Assembly: GCA_002269645.1 (NCBI GenBank) | Contig: NIVC01001403.1 | Location: 186,001-250,000 of the forward strand | From: Macrostomum lignano | Lineage: Eukaryota | Direction: 5' to 3' | DNA: 64,000 nt | Shown: in pieces, positions 13,619 through 26,549 of the stretch | How positions within the stretch are numbered: position 1 is the stretch's first letter | How the letters are laid out: each line of letters opens with the position of its first letter | The notes under the pieces: model-generated | What the model saw: the letters and a program-made list of their open reading frames with translations, nothing else | What the model was told of the DNA's origin: nothing | Database searches by the model: none | Position numbers and translations under genes: made by a program

Positions 13619-14438
13619 ATTGATGACATACAAATCACGAGTTCTGCAGTCATGATTCTTGTGAACTTTAAAATTGATTGACTATATATACCGTTTCAAT
13701 CCATCCCTACAACGTATTATTGATGACAATGTCGATTTAAGATGAAAATGTGCATGCTTGAAGCTGGAATGAATTAAAATGAGAATTGCTATTCGGACAA
13801 TAAGTAAGCATTGGCAAAATTACTATAGTGAATGTTTTTCATTTTTTCTTCATTCAAGTAGCTGCTGTGTTTTTTCTTTCTAGCTGTGTTATTTTTCACA
13901 ATTTTGTGTTCCATTTTTTGTTGGCCCCCTAAGGGGAAGGGCACTGATTGCTAGTATATTCTTGACTAGTGTATATTTAGCATATGTTGCATATTGTTAG
14001 TATATATGTTTGTATTATTAATTTTTATGTAAGGTTGATTAAATCACAAATTATTTTGTTATAAGTATAATTTGTATTGCAATTTAATGTATGCACATTA
14101 TTTGTAATGAAGGTTATATAAATCTTACAAAATTATATAATTGTACTGTGTAACTCATAAGGATTAAAAACCTCCAAGCAAGAGATGGGTATAAAAAGTG
14201 CAATAAGAGAGCACAATAGAATAGACTAGAGTGTACAACTAAAACCCTACATAATGTGCCTTCTACCCCTATAGGAAAAAGTTGTAAAACTGCGGACGGC
14301 ATCCAGCACACTTTTAAAATTTTTCTAAAGCGCAGTGGTGCCCTTCCCCACTGGCTGCTGCTCAAGCAAATTAATATACATGGAAGGGGGCCTAATACCT
14401 CTGTAAAAGGAGCCTATACACTTGTCATTTATAATACC

Positions 14439-14772
14439 TAGCAATGTTCCGAAATTTCAATTTCAATTTTCCAAAATTCGAAATTTTTAAGAGCAAATTT
14501 TGATTTCGAAAAAATTGGAAGTCAAAATTTCGAAAGTGTCTAAGTGGCTAAAAATAAACAGCGAGTAATTTCTGCTACATATACATGTATTTTATTCTCC
14601 ATAAGCAGTAAATCAAAATGTAAAAAAGTAAGTGTTAGTCATATTAAACTTTGTTTTTCTAAATTTTGATTTCGGAAAATTTCAAGTTCAATTTCAATTT
14701 CGGAAAGTTATCAAATTTCGATTTTGACAGATTGAAATGGACGATTTCGTCAATTGCAATGGAACATCTCTA
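14439..14772. mobile_element. Older hAT (Ac-like) MITE, 334 bp
   Basis: TIR TAGCAATGTTCC versus TAGAGATGTTCC (right end, reverse complement); degenerate 8-bp TSD ATAATACC/ATAATGCT; internal TTTCGA/TTTCAA repeats. Confidence 0.65.
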
Positions 14773-15464
14773 ATAATGCTAAAGCGCGGTAAAATAATTT
14801 GACTCTACTCTAAAGCGCACGTCCGCAGGTTTTCAACTTTTATTCCAATAGGGCCTTCTACCACATGGTACATAGCAATCATTGAATTAAAAAATCTTAT
14901 AGTGCATACTATGCTCTCTTCATAACTATTGAATATGATAAATGGCAATGCTACTTAATTGATAGTTTTGATTTAAAGTATATAAAAAGAAACAAAAGAT
15001 ACATTTTATTTTAAATAGAGTACATTCTATTTTAATTAAGTCCAGCCCTTACTGAAGTTTTAGTGTGTCTATAAAATAGTTCATTAAATTTTTTGTTAAC
15101 ACTTAAAATACATATGCAACCTCTGAAAATGGATAATTTCTGTAACACAGGTGGACCACAAAGTGCACAAACCAAGCCTGGACTGTGTGGCGGCTTGCTG
15201 GCCACAGCTACTAGGAATACCCAGCACAGATCACTGGGAATCTGCTTAGTGAAGTAGCCAGTCATCAGCCATGCTGGCTTTGATGAACGATCAAAAGCAG
15301 CAGAGTAATGCTCAAGGCTACTCTGCGCGACGGGCCTCAATGCCGCAGCGTGAGCCCGCTGTGAGTACAGCCAACAACAGTCCAGGTGTTGTGAAGGTAC
15401 GCGAAACTTTGTTGTGGTCATGTCCCAAAATCAAAGTCTTTTAGCTGCTGTTTCTCACCTTCAG

Positions 15465-16508
15465 TATGGCCCTCTCACTTTGATAATCTCCCTCTCACTT
15501 TGATAATCTCTCTCTCACTTTGATAATTGCCCTCTCACTGTGATAATCTCCCTCTCACTTTGATAATCTCTCTCTCACTTTGATAATCGCCCTCTCACTG
15601 TGATAATCTCCCTCTCACTTTGATAATCTCTCTCTCACTTTGATAATCTCTCTCTCACTTTGATAATCTCTCTCTCACTTTGTAAATCTCTCACTCACTT
15701 TGATAATCTCTCACTCACTTTGATAATCTCCCTCTCACTGTGATAATCTCTCTCTCACTTTGATAATCTCTCTCTCACTTTGATAATCTCTCTCACTTTG
15801 TTAATCTCTCACTCACTTTGATAATCTCTCACTCACTTTGATAATCGCCCTCTCACTGTGATAATCTCTCTCTCACTTTGTTAATCTCTCTCTCACTTTG
15901 ATAATCGCCCTCTCACTTTGATAATCTCTCTCTCATTTTGATAATCTCTCTCTCACTTTGATAATCTCTCTCTCACTTTGATAATCGCCCTCTCACTTTG
16001 ATAATCTCCCTCTCTCACTTTGTTAATCTCCCTCTTATTTTGATAATCTCCCTCTCACTTTGATAATCTCCCTCTCACTTTGATAATCTCTCTCTCACTT
16101 TGTTAATCTCCCTCTTATTTTGATAATCTCTCTCACTTTGTTAATCTCCCTCTTATTTTGATAATCTCTCTCTCACTTTGTTAATCTCCCTCTCATTTTG
16201 ATAATCGCCCTCTCACTGTGATAATCTCCGTCTAATTTTGATCAACTTTCTCCCACTTTGATAATCTCCCTCTTATTTTGATAATCTCTCACTCACTTTG
16301 ATAATCTCCCTCTCACTTTGATAATCTCTCTCTCACTTTGATAATCTCTCTCTCACTGTGATAATCGCCCTCTCACTTTGTCAATCTCTAATCTCTCTCT
16401 CACTTTGATAATCTCCCTCTCTCACTTTGATAATATCCCTTTCTTATTTTGATTATCCCTCTCACTTTGAAAATATCCCCCTTTTACTTTGATAATCTCC
16501 CTCTCTCA
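15465..16508. repeat. Minisatellite, 20-bp unit tgataatctccctctcactt
   Basis: About 50 copies; resumes in degenerate form at 17001-17159 after the Penelope insertion. Confidence 0.95.
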
Positions 16509-17000
16509 TCTGGTAGAGATGCTCGTTTAATAAATAATAGAGAAATTAAGGCCAACACCAACATATAAGTAAATTATTATTATAGCCAACGCGTTTCGAC
16601 ACAAGCGGTCATCTTCAGGGCTTGCACTCATGATTCACAATTCCGTATATTTAAATAAATAAAGAAAATCAAAAACTGTACATTGCAATAGACGAATGGG
16701 TTCAGTCCGGTCGATAATTGTACATTAAAAGACGAAAATAAATTAAATTATTAGGCCATCAACACAGAACAAACACAGAGCAAACAATATTGGCGGGGAG
16801 AGAGCCGCAAACCCACACCAAGCCTAGAAAACTTTGAGCTGTAAACTGGCTCCTCCACCTGCAAGCTGAGTATTCAAACTAGGTCTATGATGCTTAATGT
16901 GCAAGGCTTCCAGCACTCTGGGTTTGCCATCAAATCTACATCTATCCAAAACAGTGAAAAGCTCAGTCGGCTCATGCTCACAACAAGCATTGCAACTAAG
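16509..17000 (-). mobile_element. Penelope-like element 3' fragment (GIY-YIG C-terminus plus pLTR) inserted in the minisatellite
   Basis: C..C....FTVLD....RVLEALHIK...PSLNTQL....LQLKVF* (stop at 16824) matches the PLE endonuclease tail. It is followed by the PLE-typical CCTGAAGATG...GTCGAAACGCGTT block. Confidence 0.85.
16584..16622 (-). ncRNA. Minimal type I hammerhead ribozyme in the Penelope pLTR
   Basis: Minus strand AGCC-CUGAAGA-U-GAC-cgcuugu-GUC-GAA-ACGCGU-U-GGCU: helix I AGCC/GGCU, CUGANGA core, helix II GAC/GUC, GAAA, palindromic helix III, NUH = GUU. Confidence 0.8.
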
Positions 17001-17159
17001 CACTCCCTCTCTCACTTTGACAATTTCCCTCTTTACTGATAATCTCTCTCACTAACTTTGGAAATCTTTCTCACACCGAAAATCTCCCTCTTACTTTGGT
17101 AATCACCCTCTTTACTGATAATCTCTCTCTCACTAACTTTGAAAATCTCCCTCTCTCAG

Positions 17160-19742
17160 CCAATCGCGCATCCCAAACTCGCTGCCGCAGGCCGCAGACA
17201 GATTCGAATCCCAGTGCGCGGCCGAGCTGGCTCCCAGCAACAAGTGCAGCTGCTCACCCAGCTGCACTCCGAGTGCCCCGCGCTGCAACTCTTCAATTGG
17301 TTTGTGCTTCATTCTTTGCAATTTACCTGTGCTTTGGCGGTGTAGTTTGGAAGAATGAATGAGAGGTTGGGGTGGCTCTGTGGCTGTCTACTCTCCCGCA
17401 ACCCAGGTTAGGGTAGCTGTCTACTCTCCCGCAACTCAGGGTAGGGTAGCTGTCTACTCTCCCGCAACTCAGGGTAGGGTAGCTATCTACTCTCACGCAA
17501 CTCAGGGTAGGGTAGCTGTCTACTCTCCCGCAGCTCAGGGTAGGGTAGCTGTCTACTCTCCCGCAACTCAGGGTAGGGTAGCTGTCTACTCTCACGCAGC
17601 TCAGGGTAGGGTAGCTATCTACTCTCACGCAACTCAGGTTAGGGTAGCTATCTACTCTCACGCAACTCAGGGTAGGGTAGCTGTCTACTCTCACGCAACC
17701 CAGGTTAGGGTAGCTGTCTACTCTCACGCAACCCAGGTTAGGGTAGCTGTCTACTCTCACGCAACTCAGGGTAGGGTAGCTGTCTACTCTCCCGCAACTC
17801 AGGGTAGGGTAGCTGTCTACTCTCCCGCAACTCAGGGTAGGGTAGCTGTCTACTCTCACGCAACTCAGGGTAGGGTAGCTGTCTACTCTCACGCAACTCA
17901 GGGTATGGTAGCTGTCTACTCTCACGCAACTCAGGGTATGGTAGCTGTCTACTCTCACGCAACTCAGGGTAGGGTAGCTATCTACTCTCCTGCAACTCAG
18001 GGTAGGGTAGCTGTCTACTCTCACGCAACTCAGGGTAGGATAGCTGTCTACTCTCACGCAACTCAGGGTAGGGTAGCTGTCTACTCTCACGCAACTCAGG
18101 GTAGGGTAGCTGTCTACTCTCACGCAACTCAGGGTAGGGTAGCTATCTACTCTCACGCAACTCAGGGTAGGGTAGCTATCTACTCTCACGCAACTCAGGG
18201 TAGGGTAGCTATCTACTCTCCCGCAACTCAGGGTAGGGTAGCTATCTACTCTCCCGCAGCTCAGGGTAGGGTAGCTGTCTACTCTCCCGCAGCTCAGGGT
18301 AGGGTAGCTATCTACTCTCACGCAACTCAGGGTAGGGTAGCTATCTACTCTCCCGCAACTCAGGGTAGGGTAGCTGTCTACTCTCACGCAACCCAGGTAG
18401 GGTAGCTGTCTACTCTCACGCAACCCAGGTTAGGGTAGCTGTCTACTCTCCCGCAGCTCAGGGTAGGGTAGCTATCTACTCTCACGCAACTCAGGGTAGG
18501 GTAGCTATCTACTCTCCCGCAGCTCAGGGTAGGGTAGCTGTCTACTCTCCCCCAACTCAGGGTAGGTTAGCTGTCTACTCTCACGCAACCCAGGTTAGGG
18601 TAGCTGTCTACTCTCCCGCAGCTCAGGGTAGGGTAGCTATCTACTCTCCCGCAGCTCAGGGTAGGGTAGCTGTCTACTCTCCCCTAACTCAGGGTAGGTT
18701 AGCTGTCTACTCTCACGCAACCCAGGTTAGGGTAGCTGTCTACTCTCCCGCAGCTCAGGGTAAGGTAGCTAACAACTCTCCCGCAGCTCAGGGTAGGGTA
18801 GCTGTCTACTCTCACGCAACTCAGGTTAGGGTAGCTATCTACTCTCACGTAACTCAGGGTAGGGCAGCTATCTACTCTCACGCAACTCAGGGTAGGGCAG
18901 CTGTCTACTCTCACGCAACTCAGGGTAGGGTAGCTGTCTACTCTCCAGCAGCTGAAAACACCAAGTGAAGGCTGGCGCAGCTCAGGTAACTGAGGTAAGG
19001 TTTGGGTGGCAGTAGCAAATCAATTTGTGCATGTATTTCACTCCCTGTTTTAGTTGCCGTCTCTTCATCAACAGCCGGCCTGAGCAGCGCTGAGTTCTCG
19101 TCAAACTCGAACTACTCGCCACCCAGTCCGCCGCTGCTGCCCCCGAAGCGGCCCTGCCATCAGCGAGCCCTCGCCTCCGCCGGCTGCGACGGCTCCGCGG
19201 GCCAGCAGCTCATCTTCCGCCCTGTGCCGCTTCGTCCAGCAGCTTTGGAGCCTCATCAATTGCTGGTGCCAAGCTTTGAGTCTCTCAGCCTGCAACAGCA
19301 GCAACAGCAGGAGCAGCAACAGCAGCAGGCCGGCAGCGGAGCGGCGTCCCGCTGTCAGTCGCAGCCGAGTTTGCACCTGGCTGCCAAGCGCAAACACTGC
19401 GACAGCTGCCCGTGCGACTCCGCCTCGCAGAGGCTGGGCGGCGGCGGCGGTCACACAGGTAGGAGTTACCTGGTCGGCCTGCCAACCATCAATTCTGCCA
19501 GCTTTTCTAGCCGGGGCCGCGGCTCGGCAGCTGCCGCCTCTGCCGCCGGCGCCGCCGCAGACGCCGACGGAGAAGTCAGCGACTCGACCACCACAGACGA
19601 GGAGGATCTCCTGGATGAAGGCGAGGATTTCCACCCGCCAATCGTTGGAGGCGGCGTCGGCGAAGAGCCCGACGATGACGCCGACGATGACAATGACAGC
19701 TGTGAGCAGCTGGATCTAGACCAGATTGAGAACGACTTGTGA
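17160..19742 (+). CDS. FAM53: FAM53 (simplet)-like protein; terminal exon 19054-19742 is confident, upstream exons 17160-17299 and 18949-18985 are tentative
   Basis: PPKRPC..R.L.S, RCQSQPSL, basic KRK and C-terminal LDLDQIEND* match FAM53 motifs. Acceptor ctccctgttttag at 19053; phases of the tentative exons are compatible (1,0,1). The first exon was not located. Confidence 0.7.
17380..18948. repeat. Intronic minisatellite, 33-bp unit gcaactcagggtagggtagctgtctactctcac
   Basis: About 47 copies; source of the spurious 11-aa-repeat ORFs on both strands. Confidence 0.95.
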
Positions 19743-20469
19743 GCCTCCTGAGTTCGGTTTGTGCGTCCGCGTTGATCAAATCCAGCATTCCAGTGATGAT
19801 GCTTTGCTATTTAGTCCTTTGAGATGATCTTTTTTCGCTTACGTTTGAAGTTCGATGCACACAGAGTGTACATGCCTGACGATTAGAAAGTCGCCGTTGT
19901 ACACCCGGTGTGAGCGCGTGTATGAGCTTAGGAGTCAGCGCTGGTTGGCGGGACGATGTCGCAGTTCAGTTTCATTGTTCCTGTGCCGATCTCTACCTGA
20001 GAGGGTTGGCCGTGTCTATTTCAAATTAAATTAATTTGCCTGCCACAGCCAACTCAGCGCTGAATTATGGCTTTCTTTCACCTGATCTCTCTAGCTTTTA
20101 CCGCTTAAAAGTACATTTAGTCCTACAGTATCCTGTGTGATAATTAGACATTTATTACTAGCTTTGACCTCTAAATGTACTCTTCACTGACACAATCGCA
20201 ATGCAGCCGTTTCATTCCCATATTCGTGTTCGTTTTTTGTTTTAATAGTATAACTTCTGCCCCTTGCTCGGTGTCATTAACAAAACTTATTATTATTGTT
20301 ATTGTTATTGCTGAATACTTTAGTCAGTTGTTTCACAAATTATTGACCAGGTAGGCGCTATTCTCTCACAAGCATGCTAACACATGTTTGCTTAGATTCT
20401 TTCTCAGCAGAGGGCGGAATTGATGCAGTTCTTTCTAAGTTTCTAAGTTCTTTCTAAGAGAGCAGATTT

Positions 20470-21080
20470 GATGTGGCTCTTAGTAGAGAGTGGATCTGAT
20501 GTGGCTCTTTCTCAGTAGAGAGCGGATTTGATGTGGCTCTTTCTCAGTAGAGAGCGGATTTGATGCGGCTCTTTCTCAGTAGAGAGCGGATTTGATGTGG
20601 CTCTTTCTCAGTAGAGAGCGGATTTGATGCGGCTCTTTCTCAGTAGAGAGCGGATTTGATGCGGCTCTTTCTCAGTAGAGAGCGGATTTGATGCGGCTCT
20701 TTCTCAGTAGAGAGCGGATTTGATGCGGCTCTTTCTCAGTAGAGAGCGGATTTGATGTGGCTCTTTCTCAGTAGAGAGCGGATTTGATGCGGCTCTTTCT
20801 CAGTAGAGAGCGGATTTGATGTGGCTCTTTCTCAGTAGAGAGCGGATTTGATGCGGCTCTTTCTCAGTAGAGAGCGGATTTGATGCGGCTCTTTCTCAGT
20901 AGAGAGCGGATTTGATGCGGCTCTTTCTCAGTAGAGAGCGGATTTGATGCGGCTTTTCTCAGTAGAGAGCGGATTTGATGCAGTTCTTTCTAAGTAGAAA
21001 GCAGATTTGATGTGGCTCTTAGTAGAGAGCGGATTTGATGCGGCTCTTAGTAGAGAGCGGATTTGATGTGGCTCTTTTCA
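20470..21080. repeat. Minisatellite, 32-bp unit ctttctcagtagagagcggatttgatgcggct
   Basis: About 18 tandem copies. Confidence 0.95.
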
Positions 21081-21757
21081 GTAGTTTGCATAGTCGTATT
21101 TTCTATGCAAACTTTTGTAGTTTTATTACCTTTTGAAGTTTGTCATGTCTATTTTTAATTAACTACGGAAATGTGATTCTGAAAACCTGTTTGCGAGTTT
21201 CCATAGCAGTGTGTCCTCCATTAAATGAGCTTGTTTTGTTGCCATGCTGAAACTTCGCTATTTATAAAGCTTTTGCAAGGCTTTAGTGTAATTATTTTTC
21301 TTTGTTCACTCCTGTTCCTTAAACTGTATTGGTTTTTTTGTTTACAAGACTCTGTCTTTTATTTGAAAGTACACATTTTACTTTTAATAATCCATGCAGT
21401 TAGCAATGGTGGATTGTAAGGCAATTTTTCATTAATTCAGTTAAAAAAACTGACTTATTACGCCAGCTTGTTTGCCTGTCATAGCTAACAACAATACATG
21501 TAAAGACTGTGTCATGCCACCGCCTTATGCACCCCATGCCTTCTTTCCTTGTTTGTTTATTGTCCCCATTTGTTATCTTATTCCGTATGAGACAAATTTC
21601 TGGCGATACTATTAAGGTTTTGTTGTTCTAGGGTGTGTTGGCCGGTTATTTTAAACTACTATTTATCCTTTTTACATTTGCCACTTTGCCTGTGATTTAA
21701 TCAGCTGTCGGCTAATTTTTCGGTCTATGGCAGTTTTCATTTTATTGTCTATTACAT

Positions 21758-22058
21758 CAGCCGATCAGCAGTCCCAAATGTGTAGAAAGTCGCACTAGAA
21801 CCGTGAATTACCTCTCAGCCAATCAGCGATTCTAAAGGGATAGAAAGTCACTAGAATCGCGTGTTACCTCTCAGCCAATAAGCGGTTCGAAAGGCGTAGA
21901 AAGTCACACTAGAATCGCGCGTTACCTCTCAGCCAATAAGCGGATCGAAAGGGGTAGAAAGTCACAATAGAACAGTGCGTTACCTCTCAGCCAATCAGCG
22001 GTCCCAAAGGGGTAGAAAGTCACACTAGAATCGCGAGTTACCTCTCAGCCAATCAGGG
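21758..22058. repeat. 58-bp tandem repeat, each unit carrying CAGCCAATCAGCG
   Basis: Motif starts at 21758, 21816, 21872, 21930, 21988 and 22046. Confidence 0.9.
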
Positions 22059-23215
22059 CTAATTAAGAGTTTGAAAACCACTGTGTATTGTACGTCTGCT
22101 ATAGCGGTTTTACTATTTGTTGTTTTTCTTGTAGCTTGTGTGCAATGCTCATTTCGAATCTAAGAGGAGCATCTGTATTGCATCCAGAATTTTCGATCCG
22201 CTTGAACTTTTGTGTTATATATGCATAAATTTTTCTTTTGTAGATTGTTTCCATTCTGAATCCTGAATTTCGCATATTGTTGAAAAGAGTAAGTCATTAT
22301 GCTGAGCATTAGTAAACTACTTTGCTTCTTATATTTGATCTGTTATGCTTTTGTCTTACCAAAAAATCTACTCGTGTTTTGTGTTTAAGTCAATTTTATT
22401 CTGGCGGGGTGTCTAAATGTCAGTCAGTCAGTCAATGAGTTAATGAGTCAGTTAGATCAGCTTGTTTACGTAACAGTAGAAAGTACATCGCATGCTATTG
22501 TAGTAATGTTACTCTGCTGTCTGGCCAGGAACTAACTGTACGCTAGACTGGATCACACCATCACTGTACAGTGTGGGATGGGCCAGGGAGACATTGAAAC
22601 AGGATCTGGATAGTCAAACGCTAGGTTTTCAGATAGCAGAAACTGCACCGGTAGCTAGAGGTTTAAAATTCTGTTCAAATCAGTTCAGAATCAGTTCACC
22701 AAATTGGAGTCGAGCAAATGTTGAATAGCTTTTGCAAGCGTCAGCCAGCATCAAAACTCTATTCAAGCTTTTGCTTTTATCGAGATTGACGTGTGGAAAA
22801 TGAAAGGTTTGAGAGTGAACAGTTTCCACTCCAGAGTTTTCGTTCAATGCCTCCTTGGATGGGCCGGCTGCTGAAATTCCCTCTCCATTTCTATCCAGTT
22901 CTTATCTTTCTAATCTATTCATCGATTTTTCTGCCCCCCGTCCCCCTGACCTAACGCCGGGCTCCACCCAGACTGAGTCTGCAGTTTGAGGGGTGGGCGA
23001 CGGGGCTGGGTGCTTGTGCACGCAGTAAACCCCCGCTTTACTCCGTACACGCCTCTCCCCCCTCTGACCCTCAACCCCTCCTCTCTCTTCCTGTCTTTTC
23101 CCGCCGCCTATTGCCAAATAAATCCTGTCCTTGGCCCAAGTCCCTGCATTTTGTTGCGACGGCCAATTCTGTCGCAGACGCGTAACAGTTGAAAGTTCAA
23201 AGATTCAAAAAGATT

Positions 23216-23772
23216 ATGGAATCCAAGTCCGCACCGCCGCCTGATCACAATCAGCCTCCGCCTGGGTACTACCCACCACCGCCTCAGCAGCAAAGCTACC
23301 CGCCTCAGCAGCAGGGCTACCCGCCTCAACAGCAGGGCTACCCGCCTCAGCAGCAGGGCTACCCGCCCCTGCAGTATGGAGGCTATCAGCCTGCACCGCA
23401 GACGCAGCAGCCGCAGGTAAGCCTAGCTAAGCCTTGAATTATATTGATTGCCAACTTAGACCTCTGATTATGGGATGACGTCATCGCCCGCAGGTGCAGG
23501 TTGTCACGGTGTCGACAAGCCCGACGGTCTTTCGCGACGTGCCAATCAACATCCCCTGCCAGCACTGCCAGCAGGTGGTGACCAGCCGCATTGAGTTTGA
23601 GAACGGCCTGCTTGTCTGGCTGCTGGTTGGGGCCATCTGCTTCTTCGGCATACCGCTGTTCCTGTTTCTGGGCTGCTGCTTCATCCCTCTGTGCATCCCC
23701 AGCCTCAAGGATGTGGGCCACTTCTGCCCCAACTGCAACCGGAAGCTGGGCACCTACCAGCGGGTTCGCTGA
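23216..23772 (+). CDS. LITAF: LITAF/CDIP1-family zinc-binding membrane protein; exons 23216-23416, 23494-23772
   Basis: Pro/Gln/Tyr-rich N-terminus (YPPQQQG repeats); LITAF domain PCQHC - hydrophobic segment - GCCFIP - DVGHFCPNC; phase-0 GT-AG intron. Confidence 0.93.
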
Positions 23773-26201
23773 GGCTGCTCATGCTTAATGGTGATTGATA
23801 AAGCTGGGAAGCTTCAAGACTTCCTCTTGAACAAGCAGATGAAAAGTTCAAAATTGAATATGCATGCTATACAGTATACAGATACACAGATTATCAAATC
23901 TGACAATTGTCGACAGCCTTGCTCGAAATCCCAAGAATCACAATAATTAGTAGTGATAGATCAATAGCGTCACTACTTCAAATGAACTTTTTGAATTGCA
24001 GAAACATTAATGACATGCATCTTGCAGCTTGGGATAAAGCAGGGTGCCGCCAAATGATGCGTTATGACATAAGCTGACAAAAAACCCAGCTGAATATTTA
24101 TTACAACTGATTGGTTATTAACCTACGCCTTCTAAACTTCGCTATAACGCCATGTTATTGTCAATATTATAAAACAAGTTTTCAGCAAACTTTTCTGATG
24201 CCTATTGTACATGCATGCTTAGGGAATTTAGGGTTCACGCTTAGCTTTGATCTCGCGTACTAAACACATTATGCGCTCGTATGCGACATGTCAACAAAGA
24301 TCGCAATGCTTAGCAAACGTGCACTCTTTATGCGGGCATGTACATGTACATAAAGCCCGCATTTATGTGACATGTAAATGTTACCTGTGATTTACACTTT
24401 GTAGTGATTTGCAATTGCTCATATTATTATGAACATTAATGCGTAGAAGTTGCTTAATAAGTGCATGTACATGTATACTCGATTAATATTTTTTTCTGTC
24501 TCTTGATTGGTCCCTCTCACCTTCTGTCTCTTGGTGGGCGCCTGTTTCTTAGATGGGCGCCCCTGTCCCAGCTTCGCAGCACAGGCGCTATACATATCCA
24601 CCAAACCGAATCCCTCTAAAAATCCTTTTGATTCCTAACCGTCAAACGCGAATTGCGACCCGATCGCTCTGTTTGTAATTATTGTGAGTCGGGGTCGAAT
24701 ATGTGTACTTTACTATGTACATCGGGCCACGCCCAATCAATTTGAATTGGAGGGGTACAGCACCCAAATATATATTCACTGGTTGCGGGCTCTTGTGAGA
24801 GCCGTACTATTTTCCACCTCGCGCTAACCGTCTGATTTTACTCACTATAGTTATGTACATTCTAATCTGGGTCGCACAGATCCTCGTACCTTCCCTCAAC
24901 TCCACACCAACCACACTGTACGTCATATGCATGGATTGAGCCGCTATGCCAAGGTCCTCTTCTCCACAGAGCCTTTGGAATGATTACGTCATCCATATAT
25001 AACAACGAGATTCTTATCCCCATACATGTACATGTAGAGTCAGCTGGGAACTTAGCAGCAAGAAACAAAATTTTTCTGCATTTTTAATGCACAAACAACA
25101 ACAACAACAAAATACGCGCCCCGGCAAGCATGATTTGGCGCTGAATTGAATGCGCAAAGCTAATTGTATATGAACACTGCGAGCTAATTGCCCTGAAAAC
25201 AAATCCGCGTCTTCTTCATCATATCATACATTTAATATATTATATGTAGCGACGCAGAGAGAAGCACAGACAAAAAGAGATCTTATAGCTATGACTTTGC
25301 GCGGACGCGTTCGCAGAACAACCAAGAGGGGGCCCGAAAGGTCGAATAACCCATCATGGCCATCATCTTCACGCAGGCATCGGCGAAGAACATAGTCTAC
25401 CACAACAATGAAGAGTAGGGAACCAGCGTGTCGCCCTTGTTGTGTACGAAGCCGAGCGGCTCAATATCGCGCAAACATAAACTTTGCCCAGAGGGCTGTG
25501 CCGCGCTTTAGCCCACGTGTATATTTACTGAGCCCAATACCCAACATCTCCCCTTTTGATTCAAAACACAATGGGTCCTTCAGTCATAGGACTTCATTTG
25601 AGGGTTGACCTGAAGCCGAACAGGTTGTCGGCGGTTTCGTATGGGCCACCTCGTTTGCGGCTCGGGTTCTCTGGGCTTGCTATTCCGTCTTGCGTGCAAC
25701 GATGTCGCATCACGATGTTGTGCTTCAGCTCCCAGGACCGCGGTAGTCTTCTTCTGAGCAATCTCCGATTTCTTCTCAGCACTCTACCGCTTGCCAGTTT
25801 GACCAGGAAGTCGTTGTTTTTCATCGCTTCGACGATCACACCGTATCGGTCCCACTTCTTGGTCTGGACGTCTTGCACTGCAACTCTGTCTCGCACTTTC
25901 AGTCTTGGCAGTTGATGGTCTGCTTGGTTATAATAGGCTTCCACCCTCTCGCGCTTCTCAGCAGCTTTTCTGTCTATCTCTTCTGCCGTAGCCGTCCACT
26001 CCTCCGCAAAGGCTCTCCTGTGAGCGGGCAAGGTGTCGCGTACTGGGTGACCGAACACCAGCTGTGCTGGAGACCTGCCGTCATGCCGGGCTGTGTTGCA
26101 GTACATCAGCATTCCCTGACTCAAGTCGTCCCAGTCGGGCTCCCGTGCGTTGTGATCCCAGCTACCGCGCACCAACTTCTTCATTGCCTTCACAGCAGCC
26201 T

Positions 26202-26476
26202 TGCGAGCCGTCCCCGTGCGCTGCGCGCTCTTGTCAGCCCCGCTGTTCAATGTACTCTCTCTCCCGCCAGCCAACTTAACCCTTCGGCCCTTGCAATATT
26301 CAAACCCCCCACCCCATTCAGTTCTTCTCTCCTCTGCAGCCAATCGGCTTGAGCTTTGGCCCTTCTAGCATTATGTACATCGTATTGCATATCGATCAAT
26401 CACAATATATAATAGCACGCAAGGCTAAGTGGAAGCCTAAGCTTTTTTTCCATTTGCAATTAATTGAGCCTTCACA
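26202..26476. mobile_element. Solo LTR (element C), 275 bp, inside the Gypsy A integrase
   Basis: TG...CA ends; 5-bp TSD AGCCT at 26197-26201 and 26477-26481. Removal restores SNGRAEA-AVKAMKK. Confidence 0.88.
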
Positions 26477-26549
26477 AGCCTCTGCACGACCATTGCTCTG
26501 CGCATACATGGGGGACGATCTCCTGGCTTCGACGTTCCATCGACTCAGG

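Noticed and set aside
13921-14392. Inverted GGCCCCCT and GGGGAAGGGCAC motifs as element termini
   Set aside because: Spacing is inconsistent and no TSD was found.
15270-15361. Candidate first exon of the FAM53-like gene (MLALMNDQKQQ...)
   Set aside because: The best donor is phase 0 but the next tentative exon needs phase 1; unsupported without cDNA.
17323-18423. 366-aa and 348-aa repeat ORFs on both strands
   Set aside because: The stop-free 33-bp unit explains them; no signal peptide or unique domain.
15465-21080. Regular repeats as a possible CRISPR array
   Set aside because: No unique spacers, no cas genes, eukaryotic context.
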